Source of the DNA: Malacoraja senta
Lineage: Eukaryota
Direction of reading: 5' to 3'
Assembly: GCA_038087875.1 (NCBI GenBank)
Contig: CM075993.1
Span: 6,326,001-6,390,000, forward strand
Length of the DNA: 64,000 nucleotides
This document shows positions 37,643 to 50,266 of the stretch, piece by piece. The stretch's first letter is position 1. Each line of letters opens with the position of its first letter. A model generated the notes under the pieces. That model saw only the letters and a list, made by a program, of their open reading frames with translations, searched no databases and was not told the origin of the DNA. The translations under genes and the position numbers were made by a program.

Positions 37643-37769
37643 TTACTCAGCGGGACAGGCAGCACCTCTGGAGAGAAGAAATGGATGCCGTTTCGGGTCG
37701 AGACCCCCCTGAATCCGCCATTAGTTGTTTGACTGAATGGCCCAAGATAAAGAATTGCTCAGTACTTAC

Positions 37770-37832
37770 ATTTAACGCATTCTTGGCCGTTTCTGCTCCG
37801 GCTCGACTGTCAAACGTAACAAAACCAACTGG
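37770..37832 (-). CDS. RBPMS2: RBPMS2 coding exon (RRM, RNP1 region): PVGFVTFDSRAGAETAKNALN
   Basis: Minus-strand translation matches the RBPMS-family RRM. Acceptor tttctttcag, donor GTAAGT; 63 nt, phase 0/0, joins in frame to the next exon. Confidence 0.95.
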
Positions 37833-39353
37833 CTGAAAGAAAAACAGGGAACGATTAAATAACGCAATGCCGGATACGGAGATAATAACCCATGCCCCAT
37901 GTTAAGGCTGTAATAGCATGGCTTCCACGCTTCTAGAAAAGCTGGAATTAATCATCGATTTAAATTGACTCCACATGTTGCAGTACCATTAAAACCTTCG
38001 GAACATAACCACTTTCAGAGAAAAGTTGAGGTGAACCACTGCTTGTTATGACTAAAATGCGCAACTTCCATTTTGCTACTCAAGAGGTGATGAAATCCAA
38101 AATAGTCCAACCAAGACACACATATGGAGGGCTGCACACAGGCTAAGCTTAGGACAAACTGTATACACTGGACAGCTGGGCTGGAAGATCGTTTGATAAA
38201 TGCAATACTTCTTTTTTACGAGTTTCCTTCCAAAACAGCTGCTTGTTAAACTGTGGGACTGAAAACATTGGGCAATTGAAGAACAGGCTCATCTTGCTAG
38301 GTAGACAAAAGTGCTGGAGAAACCCAGCGGGTGCAGCAACATCTATGGGGCGAAGGAAATAGGCACCGTTTCGGGCCGAAAACCCTGAAGGAAATAGGCA
38401 ACGTTTCGGGACGAAACCCGGAAGGGTTTCGGGCCGAAACGTTGCCTATTTCCTTCGCTCCATAGATGCTGCTGCACCCGCTGACTTTCTCCAGCACTTT
38501 TGTCTACCTTCGATTTTCCAGCATCTGCAGTTCCTTCTTAAACAGGCACATCTTCCTGGTATGTATCAAAAGGAGCTCGTGTATTTGGCTCCAGTCAGCA
38601 CAGCAGACAGGGTCAATGATTTCCATTTCCCCAGTCAGAGTTTAGTTTGGAGATGCAACGCGGAAACAGGCCCTTCGGCCCACCGGGTCCACGCCAACCA
38701 GCGATCCCCGACCATTAACACTAGGGGCCAATTTTTACACTTACACCGGGCGAATTAACCCATACACCTCTATGTGGGCCTTGAATGCGGGAAAGATCTA
38801 GGGAAGTAAACCCACGCAGTCACGGGGAGAATGTACAAACTCCGTACAGACAAGCACCCGTAGCCAGGATCGAACCCGGGTCTCTGGCACTGCACGCAAC
38901 TCTGGAGAACACGGATAGGGGACATTTTGGGTTGAGACCCTCCTTTAGACCGAAGGGTCTTTGGCCCGGAGGACTGAATGGTCCCTCATCTAAGTTCTCC
39001 AGAGATGCTGCCCGTCTGGGAGTAACTCTACTGCTTTTGACATATCTTTCACTAATTTGTTCTTATATACCTGTTCATATCTCTCTGTTCCCTCTCCCCT
39101 GGCTTGCTGTCTGAAGGGTCTCAACTAGCCAACGTCACCTATTCCTTTTCTCCAGAGATGCTACCCAACCCGCTGAGTTACTCCAGCTTTTTGTGTTTAT
39201 CGTCGGGAAATACCCACGACAGGCAGCGTATGCAGAGACTCATGCTGACTACATTACTCAAAAAGACACAAAAAGTGCTGTAGCAACTTAGGCAGGACGG
39301 GCAGCATCTCTGGAGAACCTAGATAGGGGACCCTTGGGCCAAAGGCCCTTCGG

Positions 39354-39650
39354 CCTAAAGGAGGGTCGCGTCCCAAAATGTCCCCTATCCGTGTTCTCCA
39401 GAGTTGCTTGCAGTGCCTAAAGGAGGGTCGCGTCCCAAAATGTCCCTATCCGTGTTCTCCAGAGTTGCTTGCAGTGCCTAAAGGAGGGTCTCAACCCAAA
39501 ATGTCCCCTATCCGTGTTCTCCAGAGTTGCTTGCAGTGCCTAAAGGAGGGTCTCAACCCAAAATGTCCCCTATCCGTGTTCTCCAGAGTTGCTTGCAGTG
39601 CCTAAAGGAGGGTCGCGTCCCAAAATGTCCCCTATCCGTGTTCTCCAGAG
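39354..39650. repeat. 62-bp minisatellite, ~4.8 units
   Basis: Units start at 39354, 39416, 39477, 39539 and 39601. Confidence 0.95.
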
Positions 39651-41272
39651 ATGCTGCCCGGGCCCGCTGAGTTACTTTAGTGAGTTAACCAGCATCTTCA
39701 GTTTTGTGCTTCCTATGTTTGCTTGCTTAGAGTGGTGAGTGCGTGAATGCATTGCCTGGGGTGATGGTGGAGGCAGATTTAGACTTTAGAGATACACCGT
39801 GGAAACAGGCCCTTCGGCCCACTGCGTTCACGCTGACCAGCGATCAACCCGTACATTCGGATTATCCTACACACCGAGGACAATTTACAATCTTTACCGA
39901 AGCCAATTAACATACAAACCCGTATGTCTGGAGTGTGGGAGGAAGCCAGGACACCCGGAGAAAACCCACGTGGTCACAAGGGAGGAGGTACAAACTCCAT
40001 ACGGACAGCACCCGTAGCCAGGATCGAACCCGGGTCTCTGGCACTGCAAGGCAGCAACTCTACCGCTGCACCACCGTGCTGCCAAAGGATTTGAGATTAT
40101 AGAAAGGCACTTGGATATGCATGGACTGGATGTTTTTGGATCACGTGCAGGCAGAGGAGATAGGTTTAACATGGCTTTTGTACATAGCACTGACATGATG
40201 GGCCGAAGGGCCAGTCCTGTGTTATGTTCTATTTTCTTCGTTCTTTGGTTACAGATCAGGCAACTTAATATCGCAGTTTAATCGGAGCAGCGAGGAAGAC
40301 CAGATCCAAAACACTAACAAGGTTAAACTCGATCTGGAGCATTCAATCGATGGGGGTTACCAGAATTGTTTTGGGTTACGGAACTGAACACGGATGGGGT
40401 GCAGGAAGAAAGCAAATGAATAAATACTATAAAGAAACCTGTTAAACCTTGTGAAAGACTCCCAAAGCCTCTTGTCCAGAGTAGGTGAATGGAGGACCAG
40501 AGGTTTAAGGTGAAGGGGAAAAGATTTAATAGGAATCCGAGGGGTAACGTTTTCACACAAAGGGTGGTGGATGTATGGAACAAGCTGCCAGAGGAGGTGG
40601 TTGAGGCAGGGACTATCCCAATGTTTAAGAAACAGTTGCATGGATAAGACGGGTTTGGAGGGCTATGCACCAAACGCAGGCAGGTGGGACGACTGTCGCT
40701 GGGACATGTTGGCCGGTGTGGGCAAGTTAGGCCAAGGGGTGTTTCCACGCTGTATCACTCCATGACTCACTCTACATCAGAGTTTAGTTTAGAATAGTTT
40801 AGCTTAGAGATAATACAGCGTGTAAACAGGCCCTTCGGCCCACCGAGTCTGCACCGACCAGCGATCCCCGCACACTAACACCATCCTACATACACTAGGG
40901 ACAATTTTACCAGGCCAATCAACCTACAAACCTGGAGAGAAGGAATGGGTGATGTTTCGGGTCGAGACTGCCAGTCTGAAGAAGGGTCTCGACCCGAAAT
41001 GTCACCCATTCCTTCTCTCCAGAGATGCTGCCTGTCCCACTGAGTTACTCCAGCTTTTTGTGTCTCTCTTCAAATCAAAAGCAAGCCAGATTTGTGGCTG
41101 TGCTTAAACCTTGGTTAAATTGGAGCCATGTGCTACAGTGCCATGATTATATGTCACTAAAATAGGAAACCATAACTTAACTGCGGCTTTTGTTTCATAT
41201 ATACTAGACATCTGGACCAAAAATGTCACCCATTCACTTCTCTCCTGAGATGCTGCCTCACCCTCCGAGTAA

Positions 41273-41581
41273 TAGCCCTGTCCCACTGTACGAGTTCATT
41301 CAAGAGCTCTCCCGAGCTTTAAAAAAAATCTAACTCGTGGTAAGCACATAGAATGAATGTGGCAGGTACGTCGGAGCTCGGGGACGTCTCTTAGCGGCTC
41401 GTAACGCTAACGGCAGGTACTCGGGAAACGCGGTAAGCTCGGGAAGATTTTTCAACATGTTGAAAAATGTCCACGAGAGCCCCGAGTACCGACGAGCGGC
41501 CATTACCGTAAATCTCCGAGTTCGAATCAGGGCAAACTCGGGAGAGCTCTTGGAATGAACTCGTACAGTGGGACAGGGCTT
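41273..41581. mobile_element. PIF/Harbinger MITE, family A
   Basis: TIR AGCCCTGTCCCACTGTACGAGTTCATT; TAA/TTA flanks. Confidence 0.88.
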
Positions 41582-41982
41582 TTACTCCAGCATTTTGTGT
41601 AAACCTTTGGTAAAGGCAGGATAAAAGATCTAGAGCAATGCCATTGGCACAAATAGGAAGCCGCTCAATTTTAGTCCAGCCGTAAAGCAGGCCCTTCAGC
41701 CCACTGTGTCCATGTTGGCTATCAATCACCCATTTACACTAGTTCTATGTTATCCCACTTTCCCCATCCACTCCCTAACAAGGGGCAATTTACAGAGGTC
41801 ATTTAACCTGCACGTCCTCGGAGCGTGGGAGGAAACCGGAGCTCCAGGAGAAAGCCCACGCTCTCCCGTTGACCAACTCCGGACAGACAGCACCCGTGGT
41901 CGGGATTGAACCGGGGTCTCTGGCGTTGTCAGGTAGCAACTACCTGCTGGGCCACCGTGCCGCCACCCCAGAAGCAGTTACA

Positions 41983-42255
41983 AGAAGAAAGGAAGAGGAG
42001 GAGCCAGAGGGCTGAGGGAGAGTTGAGAAGGGGAGGAGACAGCAAGGGCTACTGGAAATTGGAGAAGTCAATGTTCAGGCCACTGGGGTGCAGACTGCCC
42101 AAGCAGAATATAAGGTGCTGCTCCTCCAGTTTCCGTAGGTGCTCACTCTGACAATGGAGGAGGCCCAGGACAGAAAGGTGGGATTCGGAATGGGAGGGGG
42201 AGTTGAAGTGCTGAGCCACCGGGAGATCAGGTTGGTTAATGCGGACCGAGCGGAG
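41983..42255 (-). mobile_element. Penelope-like fragment
   Basis: DLPVAQHFNSPSHS...RKLEEQHLIFCLGSLHPSGLNIDFSNF. Confidence 0.85.
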
Positions 42256-44869
42256 GCTTATAAGGAGAAGGCAGGAGAATGGGGTTAGGAGGGAGAGATA
42301 GATCAGCCATGGTTGAACGGCGGAGTAGACTTGATGGGCCGAATGGCCTAATTCTGCTCCTATCACTTATGATCTAAACATTGTTTCCACTGTTCTTTAA
42401 ATCCCAAAGACTCAACATTCAAATCAAACAGCACCTCAATTCCAAAACAGAATTTTAAGCAGTGATGGTAGACAAAAATGCTGGAGAAACTCAGCAGGTG
42501 AGGCAGCATCTATGGAGCGAAGGAAATAGGCGACGTTTCGGGCTGAGACCATCCTAATTGTTGGTTCTAACACTCGATGAAACATGTTCCATGTGCACCT
42601 CCGCCCTCAAGCTCTCGTTTTAACCAAGTCGCCCCCCGCAGTTTAAACACACGGTGGTGCAAAGAAGGGTCTCGAACCAAAACGTCACCCATTCCTTCTC
42701 TCCAGAGATGCTGCCTGTCCCGCTGAGTTACTCCAGCATTTTGTGTCTATCTTCTGTTGCAAATTGGTGCTAGTGGAGGGAGGGGGGAGGACAACTCAGC
42801 CTGCCCCACTTTCACGACCTAATTCACGACCTCTGCCGAGTTTGCCCTGGACTCATACTCGCAGCATGGTCGTCACGAGGTCGTAGGTAGGTCGTGGAAT
42901 TTTCTGCCTCAGAGGGCGGTGGAGGCCGGTTCTCTGGATGCTTTCAAGAGAGCGCTAGATAGGGCTCTTAAAGATAGTCAGGGGAGTCGGGGGATATGGG
43001 GAGAAGGCAGGAATTGGGTACTGATCGGGGATGATCAGCCATGATCACATTGAATGGTGGTGCTGGCTCGAAGGGCCAAATGGCCTACTCCTGCATTATT
43101 GTCTATTGTGATGCTAGTCGTAGGTACTCGTGGCATCAAGTAGGTCGGGGCGTTTTTTCTAGCCTAATGAAAAATGTCCACGAGTAAAAAAGGTCGTGAA
43201 TTAGGTCGTGAAAGTGGGACAGGCCCTTTAGGAGACGTCCAGCAGTGCCCTGCAGCAATGGTACAGAGTGGCGGGAGTTGACACCTTAATCTAAATGTGT
43301 TTAGAAGAATAGACTCCAGGTGCTGGCCAGACCAAAGATCCAATGCCTTCTTGCTAGCTTCACCCAGCCCAGCATTTAAATTGTAATGAAAAAACTTTCA
43401 GCCACTTATTTAAAAGTAGATTAAAATATCAAAGGTCGCTCAGTCATAGTCATAGAGTCGTAGAGTGATGCAGGGTGGAAACAGGCCCTTCGGCCCAACT
43501 TGCCCACGCCGGCCAACGTGTCCCAGCTACACTAGTCCCACCTGCCTGCGCTTGGTCCATATCCCTCCAAAGTTGTCCTAGCCATCCAGTCTGAGAAGCT
43601 TGCATTATATGAGCTACCACTTCTGAAACCAATTCAAGTTTAAGAGGCTTTTGGATAGGCATGTGGAAGTACATGGAATAGAGGGATATGGATCATGTAC
43701 AAGTTGATGAGATCAGTTCAACTTGGCATCATGTTTAAGAAAGAACTGCAGATGTTGGAAAGGTGGACAAAAATGCTGGAGAAACTCAGCGGGTGAGGCA
43801 GCATCTATGGAGCGAAGGCAACATTTAGGGTCGAGACCCTTCTTCAAACTTGGCACCCTGTTTGGCACAAACATTGTGGGCCGAAGGGCCTGTCCTGTGC
43901 TATACTGTTCCTCGTGTAGGAAGGGACTACAGATGTAGGTTTACACCAAAAATAGACCTAATGGTGGAGTAACTTAACGGGTCAGGCATCATCTCTGGAG
44001 ATTTGAAATAGGAATTGTTGTGTCAAGACAGTTCTGCAGACTGAGGTTTCAGGTCGAAACCCTTCTTCAGACTTGAATTCAGTCTTCAATTCAGGCTCAG
44101 TCTGATAAACCTCAACCCAAAACGTCAGCCATTCCTTCTCTCCAGAGATGCTGCCTGACCCGCTGAGTTACTCCACCATTTTGTGTCTATCTTCGGTTCT
44201 GTTCTATGCAGCCACTACACTCCGCTATCGGCTATATGAACCCTTCCTTGTCTTCCCACCTGTCTACCTTCCCTCTTGCTTGCATTTATTGGTCACTTGA
44301 CTCTAGTCTTCAGCCCCTGCACATTACAAAACCCACCTGGTTTAGTCTTCCTGGTGGTTAGGTAATATATACACACTAGTATCAGCCATCCACAAATGTC
44401 TCTTTACATTCTCTCTAAGGATCTTTGTTTCAACTTCTTTATGGTCAGATTCCACACCATTGGATAAAATTCAGTTTAGTTTAGAGATACAGCACGGAAA
44501 CAGGCCCTTCGGCCCACCGAGTCTGCGCCGACCCACAACCCCCCACATACGAACATTATCCTACACACACTAGGGACAATTTACTTTTTTTTTTGATACC
44601 AAGCCAATTAACCTACAAAACCTGTGTGACTTTGGAGTGTGGGAGGAAACCGGAGCACCAGGAGAAAACCCACACGGGTCACGGGGCGAACGTACAAACT
44701 CCGTACAGACAGCACCCGTAGTCAGGATCGAACCCGGGTCCCTGGCGTCGTGAGGCAGCAGCTCTACCGCTGCGCCACCCCGCCACATTCACTTTCTGAA
44801 TTCGAAGGATCCCCGACCCGAAACGTCACCTATCCATGTCCTCCAGAGATGCTGCTCGACCCTGAGTTA

Positions 44870-45097
44870 AGGGCCTGTCCCACTTTCACGACCTAATTCA
44901 TGACCTCTGCTGAGTTTGTTCTTGACTCATACTTGCAGCATGGTCGTCACAAGGTCGTAGGTGGGTCATAGCAGGCCGTGATGCTAGTCGTAGGTACTCG
45001 TGGCATCAAGTAGGTCGGGGCGTTTTTTCTAGCCTGATGAAAAATGTCCACGAGTAAAAAAGGTTGTGAATTAGGTCGTGAAAGTGGGACGGGCCCT
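44870..45097. mobile_element. PIF/Harbinger MITE, family D (second copy at ~42798-43228, interrupted by CR1)
   Basis: TIR AGGGCCTGTCCCACTTTCACGACCTAATTCA; TTA TSD at 44867-44869 and 45098-45100. Confidence 0.88.
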
Positions 45098-45504
45098 TTA
45101 CTCCAACTTTTTCCGCCTTTTTCGTCGAATTTGACATTTTGGATTGCTGCGACTTGGAACTGCGGTAAAAATCAGTCGGAGTATATTCAAGAGGAAAACA
45201 AAAGAACAGGTTTTTAAATAAAGGGAATCAAGGGATGCGGGGGTGAAGAACCAAGGCCAAAAACACAACTAAGTTCTTACCGAATTGTAGGGCCAACACG
45301 GGGGGCTGTATGGTCTAATCCTTCTATCAATATGTTCCTATAGAAGGACAAGATCGTGAAGCAATATTAGGTCACACCCTGTTCTCGTATGGATAACCCC
45401 AATTTCCATTGCACCACTTATATTTCCTGCCCACCCAGACTATCATTGCTTTGACTACGCACATCCTTATTTTTGAGAGAAAGGGCAATAAAGTCTTGTA
45501 CATT

Positions 45505-45890
45505 ACATAGAAACATAGAAAATAGGTGCAGGAGGCCATTCGGCCCTTTGAGCCAGCACCACCATTCATTGTGATCATGGCTGATCGTCCCCAATCAATA
45601 ACCCGTGCCTGCCTTCTCCCCATATCCCTTGATTCCACCAGCCCCTAGAGCTCTATCTAACTCTCTCTTAAATCCATCCAGTGACTTGGCCTCCACTGCC
45701 CTCTGTGGCAGGGAATTCCATAAACTCACAACTCTCTGGGTGAAAAGGTTTTTTCTCTCCTCAGTCTGAAATTACCTCCCCTTTATTCTAAGACTGTGGC
45801 GCGCCTGGTTCTGGACCCGCCCAACATTGGGAACATTTTTCCTGCATCTAGCTTGTCCAGTCCTTTTATAATTTTATATGTTTCTATAAG
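45505..45890 (-). mobile_element. CR1 LINE 3' fragment
   Basis: CR1 3' UTR, tail and RT C-terminal codons. Confidence 0.85.
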
Positions 45891-45934
45891 ACTCAGTCCC
45901 GTAAATCCATTAAACTCAATCCCCTACTCAGTTA

Positions 45935-46273
45935 AGGGCCCGTCCCACTTACGCGTTTTTTTTTCCAGCGACTTGCCGGCACCCGTCATAGTCGTAAGCA
46001 GGTCAGCGAAAATTAAAAAAAACATTTTTTTTTTCCAAACATCCAGCGGCGACCAGAAAAAGGCACGACTCTTTGGGCGACTACTCGCGACCATACGGGC
46101 GTCACCCCGCGGATAGCGGGGTGACGCCTGTATGGTCGTGAGTAGTGGCCCAAAGAGTTACAGTGGGCCAAAGAGTCGTACCTTTTTCTGGTCACCGCTG
46201 GATTTTCAACATTTTCGGCGATCCGCTTGCGACTATGTCGCCGAAAAAAAATCGTGTAAGTGGGACAGGCCCA
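45935..46273. mobile_element. PIF/Harbinger MITE, family E
   Basis: TIR GGGCCCGTCCCACTTAC / GTAAGTGGGACAGGCCC; TTA/TAA flanks; palindromic interior. Confidence 0.85.
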
Positions 46274-46764
46274 TAAGATTAAAGTCAACCACTCTGCCAC
46301 CAATACCCAGATCACCCACCAACTATAACATACCAATATAGCGTGATACAGCATTGGAAACAGGCCCCTCAGCCCAACATGCCCACACCAACCAACACGT
46401 CCCATCTACACCAGTCTCACCTGCCCGCATTTGGCCCTTATCTCTCTAAATCTGTCCTATCCATCTAACCGCCTAGTTTAGTTTAGAGATACAGCGCGGA
46501 AACAGGCCCTTCGGTCCGCGCCGACCAGCGATCCCCGCACATTAACACTATCCTACACCCACTAGGGACAAATATATATATTTTTTACATTTACCAAGCC
46601 AATTAACCTACAAACCTGCACGTCTTTGGAGCGTGGGAGGAAACCGAAGACCTCGGAGAAAACCCACGCAGGACACGGGGAGAACGTACAAACAGCGCCC
46701 GTAGTTGGGATCGAACCCGGGTCTCCGGCACTGCATTCGCTGTAAGGCAGCAACTCTAACGTTG

Positions 46765-47330
46765 ATAGTTAGCGATGGTGCCTGCCTCAACTACTTCCTC
46801 CAGCAGATCGTTCCACACCTCCACCACCCTTTGTGAGGAAAAGTTACCCCTCAGATTCCTACACAATCTTTGCTCCTTCACCTGAAACCCATGCCCCCTG
46901 GTTCTCAAGTCCCTCACTCTGGGCAAGCGCGTCTACCCGATCTATTCATCGCATGATTTGTACACCCCTAAGATGACCCCTCGTCTTCCGGCGCTCCAGG
47001 GAAACAGAGACCCAGCCTACTCAACCTCTCCCGCCTTATCTCAGACTCGCAAGTCCTGGCAACATCCTTCTCTGCACCCTTTCCAAATTAACATCATTCC
47101 TATAACAGTGTCTGGATCTGATCAATACTCTAAATGCAGCCTCGCCAACGTCTTGTACAGCTGCAACATGACCTCCCAATCTTCTATACTCAATGCTCTG
47201 ACTGATGAAGGCCAATGTGTTGAAAGCCTTGGTGACCACCTTATCCACTTGTGACTCCACCTTCAAGGAACCATGCACCTGCACTCCTGGAACCCCCTGG
47301 TCTACAGCACTCCCCCGAGCCCTGCTGTTC
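46765..47330 (-). mobile_element. Older CR1 fragment
   Basis: GVQVHGSLKVESQVDKVVTKAF...LERVQRR. Confidence 0.8.
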
Positions 47331-47559
47331 ACTGCGTAGGTATGAAACAAATGTTCTCCAAGCCCCTGCTTTTTATGACAGGCCTTCATCTCTATATTTT
47401 AAGTTTAGTGTCGAGATACAGCATGGAAACAGGCCCTTCACAAGCCAGCCATTGTTGTTCACTGTAGTTGTATGTTAACCCACTATCTCAACTGCTCCCT
47501 TCACACGAAGGGCATTTTATAAAATATACAGAAGTCAATTAACCTACAAACCCGCAAAC

Positions 47560-47680
47560 CTTTTAAGTTCCTGGGAACCATCATCTCTAAGGACCAAGTG
47601 GGGGGGGGGGGGGGGCTACCATCGACTCAACAGTCAAAAAGGCACAACAGAGGATGTACTTCCTGCGGCAGCTGAGGAAG
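47560..47680 (+). mobile_element. Rex1/Babar-type LINE RT fragment abutting the gap
   Basis: KFLGTIIS...TVKKAQQRMYFLRQLRK. Confidence 0.7.
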
Positions 47681-47880
47681 NNNNNNNNNNNNNNNNNNNN
47701 NNNNNNNNNNNNNNNNNNNNNNNNNNNNNNNNNNNNNNNNNNNNNNNNNNNNNNNNNNNNNNNNNNNNNNNNNNNNNNNNNNNNNNNNNNNNNNNNNNNN
47801 NNNNNNNNNNNNNNNNNNNNNNNNNNNNNNNNNNNNNNNNNNNNNNNNNNNNNNNNNNNNNNNNNNNNNNNNNNNNNNNN
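47681..47880. other. Assembly gap (200 N)
   Basis: N run. Confidence 1.
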
Positions 47881-48474
47881 CATCTGGGAGGAGAACCATC
47901 GGCCACCCCCAGCTACATTACAAGGATGTCTGCAAGAGAGATATGAAGGCGCTCGACATGGATGTGGAGTCCTGGGAGAGCCTTGCAGCTGGCTACACGA
48001 GGTGGAGAGGTGCCCTGAACCGACATCTCAAAACGGGGGGAAGAGAAACTGTTGAACGCAGCAGCAGACAAGTGGGCGCGCAGAAAGGAGCACGGCAACT
48101 TCAACAAACCGGAGACCACACACACACACACACAAATGTGACCTTTGCCACAGAGACTGTCACTCCCGCATTGGTCTCTTCAGCCACAAGGGGCGCTGCT
48201 CTAGTCGAGGTTTGGAGCAAGCAGCCAACAACTAGGATGTGTCACCCATGGTCAGTCATCGCTGGTCGGCGCGGACTAGGTGGGCCGAAGGGCCTGTTTC
48301 CGCGCTGTATCTTTAAACTAAAAAAAAACTGCCCTAGGGGAACTCAGCGGGTCCGGCAGCGTCAGGCTGGAGTTGAGAGGGATTGTGGAAACTGGGAGTG
48401 GGAATGGAGCATCGGGAATCGGATCTGGAAGCTGGTGAGTGGGAAGAGAGTGAGTGAAGCAGGCATGTGTTACT

Positions 48475-49150
48475 GTAGATGGACACAAAATGCTGGAGTA
48501 ACTCAGCGGGTCAGGCAGCATCTCTGGAGAGAAGGAATGGGTGACGTTTCAGGTCGAGACCCTTCTTCAGATTAGTCAGGGTTAAGGGAAAGGAGAGATA
48601 TAGACGGTGATGTGGAGAGATAAAGAACAATGAATTAAAGATATGCAAAAAAAGTAACGATGATAAAGGAAACAGGCCGTTGTTAGCTGTTTGTTGGGTG
48701 GAAACGAGAAGCTGGTGCGACTTGGGTGGGGGAGGGATAGAGAGAGAGGGAATGCCGGGGCTACCTGAAGTGAGAGAAATCAATATTCATACCACTGGGC
48801 TGTAAGCTGCCCAAGCAAAATATGAGATGCTGTTCCTCCAATTTGCCTTTAGCCTCACTCTGACAATGGAGGAGGCCCAGGACAGAAAGGTCTGTATGGG
48901 AATGGGAAGGAGAATTAAAGTGTTTGGCAACTGGGAGATCAGGTAGGTCCAGGCGGACTGAGCGAAGGTGTTCAGCGAAACGATCGCCCGGTCTACGCTT
49001 GGTCTCGCCGATGTATACGACTCTACACCTTGAACAACAGGTACAGTAGATGAGGTTGGAGGAGGTGCAAGCGAACCTCTGTCTAACCTGAAAGGACTGT
49101 CGGGGTCCCTGGACAGAGTCGAGGGAGGAGGTGTAGGGACAGGTGTTACA
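48475..49150 (-). mobile_element. Penelope-like element 3' fragment, second subfamily (copies at ~54552-55227 and ~60627-61300)
   Basis: ORF 48761-49198 reads CNTCPY...NLIYCTCCSRCRVVYIGETKRR...GMNIDFSHFR. Confidence 0.9.
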
Positions 49151-49151
49151 C

Positions 49152-49744
49152 GTTTCGCCACCTCCAACGTGACCCCACCACTCGCCACATCTTCCCATCT
49201 CCCCCCATATCTGCCTTCTGCAAAGACCGCTCCCTCCGTAACTCCCTTGTCAATTCTTCCCTTCCCTCCCGTACCACCCCCTCCCCGGGTACTTTCCCTC
49301 GCAACCGCAAGAGATGCAACACTTGTCCCTTCACCTCCCCCCTCGACTCCATTCAAGGACCTAAGCAGTCGTTCCAGGTGCGACAGAGGTTCACCTGCAT
49401 CTCCTCCAACCTCATCTATTGCATCCGCTGCTCTAGATGCCAGCTGATCTACATCGGTGAGACCAAGCGGAGGCTTGGCGATCGTTTCGCCGAACACCTC
49501 CGGTCGGTGCGCAATAACCAACCTGACCTCAGCACTTCAACTCCCCCTCCCATTCTGTATCTGACCTCTCTGTCCTGGGTCTCCCCCATGGCCACAGCGA
49601 GCAACACCGGAAATTGGAGGAAATGCACCTCATATTCCGCTTGGGCAGTCTACATCCTGGGGGCTTGAACATTGAATTCTCCCAATTCTGCTAGCCCTTG
49701 CTGTCCCCTCCCTTTCATCAGCCCTCTGGTTGTCTCCTCCCCTC
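49152..49744 (+). mobile_element. Penelope-like fragment back-to-back with the previous one (copy at ~55229-55821)
   Basis: GIY-YIG ORF 49378-49668; broken at 49744 by the duplication junction. Confidence 0.88.
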
Positions 49745-49968
49745 AATAGTTTTTCCTCATCTCAGTCCTAAATGAGCTACCCCTTTTTTTTTTTTAACTG
49801 TGACCCCTGGTTCTGGACTCCCCCAACATGGGGAACATTTGTCCTGCATCTACCCTGTCCAATCCCTTAATAATCTTATTTAAATTTTTTTTTTTTTTTT
49901 TTAATTTTAAAGAAGATTGGTTAGAGATAAACAGCGGTACTCACACCAACCCTGTCTGCTCACAGAGA

Positions 49969-50266
49969 TTTAGTTTAGTTTAGAGATACAGCGTGGTAAA
50001 AGGCCCTTCGGCCCACCGAGTCCGTGCCGACCAGCGATCCCCGCACATTAACACTATCCTACACACACTAGGGACAATTTACATTCATACCGAGCCAATT
50101 AACCTACAAACATGTACGCCTTTGGAGTGTGGGAGGAACGTGAAGATCTCAGAAAAAATCCACGCATGTCACAGGGAGAACGTACAGACAGCACCCGTAG
50201 TCAGGATCGAACCCGGGTCTCTGGCGCTGTAAGGCAGCAACTCTACCGCTGCGCCACCATGCCACC
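49969..50266 (-). mobile_element. HE1-like V-SINE (duplicate at ~56046-56343)
   Basis: Full SINE structure on the minus strand. Confidence 0.9.

Noticed and set aside
39354..39650. CRISPR-like array
   Set aside because: Contiguous tandem units with no unique spacers, in eukaryotic context with no cas genes.
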